Positions 51,039-55,602 of a stretch of DNA of 55,602 nt are shown here, one piece after another. Below the pieces are notes generated by a model that did not search any database, was not told where the DNA came from, and saw only the letters and a program-made list of their open reading frames with translations. The stretch comes from Bacteroidales bacterium (GTDB lineage Bacteria; Bacteroidota; Bacteroidia; Bacteroidales; VadinHA17). Location: positions 1 to 55,602 of the forward strand of contig JANYIW010000321.1 in NCBI GenBank assembly GCA_025358645.1, read 5' to 3'. Made by a program: the position numbers and the translations under genes. The stretch's first letter is position 1. Every line of letters starts with the position of its first letter.

Positions 51039-51491
51039 TTGAAACTATTAAATCTGCCTCAATATTCCTTCAGGATTACCGGAAAGGAGGGAAAAGAAAT
51101 GATCCTCGATCCTTTAAGGAGGAAATATGTGAAACTCACTCCCGAAGAGTGGGTCCGGCAGAATTTTATTCAATATCTGATTAATGAAGGTAAATATCCT
51201 GCAGGTCTCGTTGGTATTGAGGTCTTTTCAAGATTCAATAAAATGAAACGAAGAGTTGATATATTGATTCACAACAGATCAGGTGAACCGGTAATGATAG
51301 TTGAATGTAAAGCGCCTGATGTTAAGATTGATGACAAAGTATTTGATCAGATTGTATGTTATAATATGGGATTCAAAGTCCCGTATATCGTTGTGACCAA
51401 TGGGATCGATCACTATGCCTGCAAAGTTGATTTCAGTGAAAATAAATATGAATTTTTACTTGTTATACCACTTTATGAAGACCTTTTGTAG
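51039..51491 (+). CDS. HsdR N-terminal-domain protein (stand-alone PD-(D/E)xK-like)
   Basis: LNLP, D..RRKYV.LTPEEWVRQ, D, ECKAP, Q...YN, TNG; probable TTG start. Confidence 0.85.
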   Translation: MKLLNLPQYSFRITGKEGKEMILDPLRRKYVKLTPEEWVRQNFIQYLINEGKYPAGLVGIEVFSRFNKMKRRVDILIHNRSGEPVMIVECKAPDVKIDDKVFDQIVCYNMGFKVPYIVVTNGIDHYACKVDFSENKYEFLLVIPLYEDLL

Positions 51492-51493
51492 CT

Positions 51494-51892
51494 ATGATAA
51501 GTGTTACCTGTGCTGTTATCAGAAATGAAGAGAAAGAGCTTTTAGTTGTTCAGCGTGGCGAGGCAACTGATCATCCCTTTAAATGGGAATTCCCAGGAGG
51601 TAAACTTGCTCCGGAAGAGACTGAAGAAGAGTGTGTTATCCGTGAAGTGGAGGAGGAGCTTGCAATGGAAATAGTTATTTGTGGTAAACTGGCATCAATC
51701 GATCATGATTATGGACATAAACAGATAAGGCTTATCCCTTTTATATGTGATACACTCGATGAATGGCCATTTCTGTCTGAACATCTTGCTTATAAATGGG
51801 TTGAAGAAAAAGATTTAATGACTCTCGATTTTTCAGAGGCTGATATTTTTGTTGCAATCAGCTACCTTGGAAGAATTAAGAATGATTCTTAA
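51494..51892 (+). CDS. NUDIX hydrolase (MutT/NudG-like)
   Basis: WEFPGGK...ET.EEC..REV.EEL. Confidence 0.9.
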   Translation: MISVTCAVIRNEEKELLVVQRGEATDHPFKWEFPGGKLAPEETEEECVIREVEEELAMEIVICGKLASIDHDYGHKQIRLIPFICDTLDEWPFLSEHLAYKWVEEKDLMTLDFSEADIFVAISYLGRIKNDS

Positions 51893-51906
51893 GAAACTGG
51901 TTGAAG

Positions 51907-53316
51907 TCACTTTAAAGCCAAAATCCAGTCAGTAATAATTTTCAAAGCTTCAGGAGAAAAGGTTTCTTCAATTGTTCCATATTCGGAAGGTAGTCCGGTA
52001 TTGCAATGTTGAAAGAGATGATTAAGTCCGGGTAAGTTTACAGTCTTTACTGATTTGTTTCCGGATGATTTCAGAGCTTTTTCAATAGCTGGGAGGTTTT
52101 CTTTAGCGGCTACCTGAACGTCTTTATCTCCATTAAGAGCGAGAACAGGACATTTTACCTTTTTCCAGAAAGTAGTAGGGTCGGTCATAATAAAATACCT
52201 GAACCATGTATATTGATTAGCGCCGAAACTTAATTTTAGCTGATTAACGGCTTTTTCCGTATTTTCCTTCGATAGTTTTTTCTTTTCCACAATCTCTCTG
52301 TACAGAGCAAGGATCTTTATTTCTGCTTTTTTATTATCTTTTTCTTTCCTGAGAACAGCATAGAGTTTTCTGTTTATTTCAGTTGTTTCTTTAATGGCAC
52401 TTTCTTTCTCCCCTGAAAGTTTACCTATTTCCTGTTGCTGCCTTATAATAATCTGTTGTCCGGTTACCCCCGGACCTGCCAGAGATATAATAAATCCTAT
52501 TCCCGTGTTTGAAACAGCGACTATCGGAGCGATCAACCCACCTTCACTATGACCCATAAGTCCTATTTCTTTTTGATTAATTTTCGCATTATTTTTCAGA
52601 AAATTAAAAGCAGCTTCAGCATCAGTTGCGAGATCGGCAGAAGTTGCTTCAGCGTAGTTACCCTGTGATTGACCTACTCCTCTGTCATCATATCTAAGAA
52701 CCGCGATGCCATTTCTGTTGAGATAATCGGCTATTACCATGAAGGGTTTATGACCCATAAGTTCTTCATTCCTGTTCTGTGGGCCCGATCCGGTGATCAT
52801 AATAACAGTCTTGAAAGGGCCATTCCCGGATGGAATTGTTAATGTTCCGGCAAGTTTAATATTAAATTTAACATTTGTAAATATCACATCCTCAGATGTA
52901 TAAGAAAAAGGAGGTTTTGGCTCCTGTGGTCGGTTGACTGTAAAGACTGTTCTTAGTTTTTTAAGATTCGCAATAAAGCCGGAACCGCGCTGAGTCCATG
53001 TTCCATCTATGGTTGAGTCACTGGTAATGGTACCTTTATATTCACCCATAAGGGCAGGAGCTTGAATTGTCAGATTCTTTTTATCCAGAATGACATGGCC
53101 AAGAGGAATATTTTTCGCACCCTGATCAGGGCTGTCCAAAGTGGCGATAAGACTATCTTTATCGTTCAGCTTGAGATTGAAAACTAACCGGAGATCAATG
53201 CCATTTGTTGAAATCTTACCAAGCCATGATCCTGGTAAAATATTTTTGTTTGTTGTTTTTTGAGCCGATAATGAAGTAGTTAACATTAATGTAACCAGAA
53301 GTAATACTGCCATCAT
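51907..53316 (-). CDS. Exported alpha/beta hydrolase
   Basis: GSGPQNR.E, RYDDRGVG.S, GHSEGG, G.KD.QV, NHLFQ; signal peptide from ATG 53316 (start uncertain). Confidence 0.85.
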   Translation of the reverse strand: MMAVLLLVTLMLTTSLSAQKTTNKNILPGSWLGKISTNGIDLRLVFNLKLNDKDSLIATLDSPDQGAKNIPLGHVILDKKNLTIQAPALMGEYKGTITSDSTIDGTWTQRGSGFIANLKKLRTVFTVNRPQEPKPPFSYTSEDVIFTNVKFNIKLAGTLTIPSGNGPFKTVIMITGSGPQNRNEELMGHKPFMVIADYLNRNGIAVLRYDDRGVGQSQGNYAEATSADLATDAEAAFNFLKNNAKINQKEIGLMGHSEGGLIAPIVAVSNTGIGFIISLAGPGVTGQQIIIRQQQEIGKLSGEKESAIKETTEINRKLYAVLRKEKDNKKAEIKILALYREIVEKKKLSKENTEKAVNQLKLSFGANQYTWFRYFIMTDPTTFWKKVKCPVLALNGDKDVQVAAKENLPAIEKALKSSGNKSVKTVNLPGLNHLFQHCNTGLPSEYGTIEETFSPEALKIITDWILALK

Positions 53317-53332
53317 AGTTGCTTTTGTGAGA

Positions 53333-53707
53333 TTACCAAATTGTATTTTTATAATGTTTTTTAATATTTCTGTCCTTACTGATAAGCATAGAATTATTAA
53401 TTGAGGCATCCGCAACAATAATCCTATCAAACGGATCATGAGTAAATGATAAATGTATTGCCTGTCTTACAATGCTTTCAAAGTTATTATCGCTATACAT
53501 TAATCCTAATTCACCAATTAATGTATCTATAATAAGGCCAGATTCATATTTTACCCTTTTGATTTCAAACAAATATTGGATTTCCAATTTTACAATATGT
53601 GAAATACAAACCTGTTGTGTATTTATCAATTTTAATACTTTTGGGTTAAAAAGGTCAAGCTGACCGGAATATAACCAAATTACCGCATGTGTATCTAAAA
53701 AAATCAT
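53333..53707 (-). CDS. vapC: PIN-domain (VapC) toxin
   Basis: LDTH..IW, E, HDPFDRII.A, LISKD. Confidence 0.88.
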   Translation of the reverse strand: MIFLDTHAVIWLYSGQLDLFNPKVLKLINTQQVCISHIVKLEIQYLFEIKRVKYESGLIIDTLIGELGLMYSDNNFESIVRQAIHLSFTHDPFDRIIVADASINNSMLISKDRNIKKHYKNTIW

Positions 53708-53922
53708 GCTTTCCACTCCTTCTCCCAATCGTTGTATATTATTTCATCAGGCTTACAGTTCATAACTTCCCTTTTTTTAAGATTATCTAGCTTTAATTTT
53801 GGTTGCTCAATAATAATTTTCAAGACCTTGTTTTTTCTTTTTATTTCAACAGGTATCCCTGTTAAAATCACCTGGTCTAAAAGATTGTATAAATTCTGCC
53901 TTAATTCTGATGGTGATATCAT
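53704..53922 (-). CDS. Phd/YefM-type antitoxin
   Basis: S.SELRQNLY.LLDQV..TG.PVEI.R; 4-nt overlap with toxin. Confidence 0.85.
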   Translation of the reverse strand: MISPSELRQNLYNLLDQVILTGIPVEIKRKNKVLKIIIEQPKLKLDNLKKREVMNCKPDEIIYNDWEKEWKA

Positions 53923-53937
53923 ATTATTATGTTTTTA

Positions 53938-53983
53938 CAAAGATATATTTATCGTACGTAATAAACAATTATAAACGTACGTT
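53938..53983 (-). promoter_or_regulatory. TA promoter with GTAC-core operators
   Basis: -7 TATCTTTG (53938-53945, minus strand); palindromes CGTACG 53953-53958 and AACGTACGTT 53974-53983. Confidence 0.55.
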
Positions 53984-54002
53984 AATTTAGTTTTTAATTG
54001 AT

Positions 54003-54040
54003 AATAAAGTACTTTATAATCCATTTCGTGAGGCGACCCC
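54003..54040 (-). mobile_element. Degenerate Tn3-family (Tn21-like) terminal inverted repeat
   Basis: Minus strand GGGGTCGCCTCACGAAATGGATTATAAAGTACTTTATT; 17 of the first 20 nt match the IR at 54828. Confidence 0.6.
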
Positions 54041-54049
54041 GTCCAGACT

Positions 54050-54171
54050 TGCTGACGGTCGGGGCTATGCGCCGTACGGGCCGTATCCCTTGTCAAACTG
54101 TGGAGGCGCCGATGCAGTAACGAAACCTGCAAACCGCCAGGAACCAAGCCATGACCTATAACGTGTTATGT
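54050..54171 (-). other. Degenerate attC-like integron recombination site
   Basis: GC-rich island starting 4 nt after the parE stop: ACATAAC ... GTTATAGG ... CCCGTACGGCGCATAGCC..CCGTCAGC. Confidence 0.5.
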
Positions 54172-54175
54172 GGGG

Positions 54176-54478
54176 TTATTTTTCTATTATTCTATTCTTT
54201 AAATCCATTTGTTCATGTAGTATTCTTGTGATTTCCACTTCGTTTTCTTCAATCTTTCTGTAAAAAATGATGTGCCTACCTGCTTTAAACCCAAATATGT
54301 TTTCTGTTACTCCTGAATAATTGTTACCTAACTCAGGGTTACATGCAACTTCGTTACAGTTTTCTAAAAGCATAAGATAATATGTGTCTGCTTGATTTTC
54401 AGAGCACTTATCAGAGGTGTAATTCCAAATATTGGTTAAATCATCAACTGCTTTATTTGTTAATTTATACTGAACCAT
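54176..54478 (-). CDS. parE: ParE/RelE family toxin
   Basis: Y.LT.KA..DL..IW.Y, QAD.Y, H.IFY, I.RILH..MD. Confidence 0.9.
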   Translation of the reverse strand: MVQYKLTNKAVDDLTNIWNYTSDKCSENQADTYYLMLLENCNEVACNPELGNNYSGVTENIFGFKAGRHIIFYRKIEENEVEITRILHEQMDLKNRIIEK

Positions 54479-54722
54479 TCAATTTCTTTTTAGCTTTTAA
54501 TCTTTCTAAATGTGACTCAGGATTGAAATCATAAGCAATTCCGCTTTCTATCCCTTCTTGAATAGCTTCTCTTAAAGCAATAATTCTGGTTTCTTCTTCT
54601 TCCAAAAGTCTTAATCCTGCCCGGACAACTTCACTTGCATTTTTAAATCTTCCAGCAGATATTCTATTTTGAATAAAATTATCAAAATAGTTCCCTATTG
54701 ATATTGAAGTGTTTCTACTCAT
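54465..54722 (-). CDS. parD: ParD-family (RHH) antitoxin
   Basis: NTSIS.G, GR..NASEVVRAGLRLLEE, L..AI.EG..SG. Confidence 0.92.
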   Translation of the reverse strand: MSRNTSISIGNYFDNFIQNRISAGRFKNASEVVRAGLRLLEEEETRIIALREAIQEGIESGIAYDFNPESHLERLKAKKKLNGSV

Positions 54723-54740
54723 AATTCATCAATTTTTCTC

Positions 54741-54761
54741 CAAAGTTACCAAAAATTGGTA
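54741..54761 (-). promoter_or_regulatory. parDE promoter/operator
   Basis: -7 TAACTTTG (54741-54748, minus strand) overlapped by palindrome TACCAA-AAA-TTGGTA. Confidence 0.55.
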
Positions 54762-54788
54762 CAATTGTCAAGGTGTGTTTCTTTTTTT

Positions 54789-54815
54789 ATCGGTTCCGGG
54801 ATTCCCGGAACCGAT
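54789..54815. repeat. Perfect GC-rich inverted repeat
   Basis: ATCGGTTCCGGGA-T-TCCCGGAACCGAT. Confidence 0.75.
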
Positions 54816-54827
54816 GGGAACGTAATA

Positions 54828-55074
54828 GGGGTCGGCTCACGTAACGGAAAATATAGCACGTTAAGCAATCTATGTTAACTGTCCAGCGGGTATCCGAATA
54901 GAATGTTTTTAAAAACGGTTAAAGCATAGGAAAAATAAACTTGATCAAAAATTCAGCGTTTGAGATACCAAAAAAGAGGAAAAAGCAGGGGTTATATAAA
55001 GTTCTTTAGTACGGTCGTTAAATAAAACTTATTGTTTTCTTCTGGTGGAGACGTCCGTTTCGTGAGCAGACCCT
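54828..55074. mobile_element. Tn3-family-derived miniature element remnant
   Basis: 38-bp IR GGGGTCGGCTCACGTAACGGAAAATATAGCACGTTAAG (54828-54865) and inverted partial partner CCGTTTCGTGAGCAGACCCT (55055-55074); no ORF inside. Confidence 0.65.
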
Positions 55075-55101
55075 TATTTGTTGCTTACTTAGCGATTACT
55101 A

Positions 55102-55133
55102 TTTGCTAACACATTGCAAAAAGCTTACATTTG
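55102..55133 (+). promoter_or_regulatory. Canonical Bacteroidota sigma-A promoter
   Basis: TTTG (55102-55105), N20, TACATTTG (55126-55133). Confidence 0.65.
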
Positions 55134-55171
55134 CAATGAAATAGATTAATCATAACTAAATTAATTAGATC

Positions 55172-55324
55172 ATGGAAGGATATTGCGTAAAATGTAAGTC
55201 TAAAAAAGAAATTAAAGATTCTGTTGAAGTTACAATGAAAAATGGCAGAAAAGCAGTGAAAGGTAAATGTCCAACTTGTGGAACCGGGATGTTTAGGATA
55301 CTAGGCAAAGCTGAGATTCGTTAA
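55172..55324 (+). CDS. 50-aa basic zinc-ribbon protein (DUF5679-like); absent from the ORF track
   Basis: MEGYCVKCKSKKEIKDSVEVTMKNGRKAVKGKCPTCGTGMFRILGKAEIR; two CxxC; own promoter and downstream hairpin. Confidence 0.85.
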   Translation: MEGYCVKCKSKKEIKDSVEVTMKNGRKAVKGKCPTCGTGMFRILGKAEIR

Positions 55325-55363
55325 CCTTTCATTTTTAAATTAACTACAACAAAAGAGTGTATT

Positions 55364-55403
55364 ATTATGGTAGAATTAATTTTCTACCATAATTATTTCT
55401 TTT
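55364..55403 (+). terminator. Probable terminator hairpin
   Basis: ATTATGGTAGAA..TTCTACCATAAT followed by a T-rich tract. Confidence 0.55.
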
Positions 55404-55430
55404 TGTAATATAACATAATATTCTTATACA

Positions 55431-55577
55431 ACCCCTAGGTTAGAAAAACCAGTGGGCTTGCCCATAGTTGGCCGGATAATATTGAACGCCGAGAGCCTGA
55501 GTTAAGTATTTGTTGTTTAGGTATGCATGAAAATTGTAACCTTCCCGGCGAAAAGTGGTCAATAAGCCCGGCTTTTG
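55431..55577 (+). ncRNA. Candidate structured RNA / element end (unassigned)
   Basis: Nested complementary segments GGGCTT/AAGCCC, TTGGCC/GGTCAA, CGCCG/CGGCG, CCTGAG/TTTAGG in AT-rich non-coding DNA. Confidence 0.3.
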
Positions 55578-55602
55578 CAGTATTTTATCATTTTCAAGTA
55601 TT

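Noticed and set aside
51039-51491. HsdR_N protein as a restriction or defence system
   Set aside because: No hsdM/hsdS or helicase part; a stand-alone gene beside holA/amn is a common Bacteroidota arrangement
53317-53439. Long N-terminal extension of the hydrolase ORF (similar extensions on pdxJ, fabD, aor)
   Set aside because: Extensions overlap neighbouring genes or promoters; downstream ATGs give family-typical N-termini
53935-54147. 70-aa ORF between the TA pairs
   Set aside because: Runs across the attC-like site, the IR and the TA promoter; no protein-like features
55043-55053. TGGTGGAG as a tRNA or tmRNA 3' end (attachment site)
   Set aside because: No T-arm (GTTCGA) next to it; the adjacent bases belong to the Tn3-like IR

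Overview
AT-rich chromosomal window from an anaerobic Bacteroidota, probably Bacteroidales (TAnnTTTG promoters, T9SS parts, the nadK-DUF6089-uppS-bamA-skp-murI block). It is mostly housekeeping and metabolism: pdxJ, korAB, fabD, folE/PTPS, mqnBD, sod, proline dehydrogenase, a tungsten aldehyde oxidoreductase with wtpABC and Moco genes, apbE, a fused 2-oxoacid dehydrogenase E1, a PEPCK-like protein, holA and amn. Best candidates for undescribed systems: (1) two tandem receiver/PEP-synthase-like ATP-grasp/phospho-His proteins directly after korAB, a possible non-canonical phosphorelay; (2) an ECF sigma factor, an anti-sigma-like membrane protein ending in a T9SS type-B CTD, and PorP/SprF; (3) two intergenic elements with the same polarized repeat arms but unrelated interiors; (4) a right-end mobile scar with Tn21-like inverted repeats, an attC-like site and two toxin-antitoxin pairs, followed by an unannotated 50-aa zinc-ribbon ORF and a candidate structured RNA. 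No rRNA, tRNA or CRISPR array was seen. All family assignments are by eye from motifs; no searches were run.
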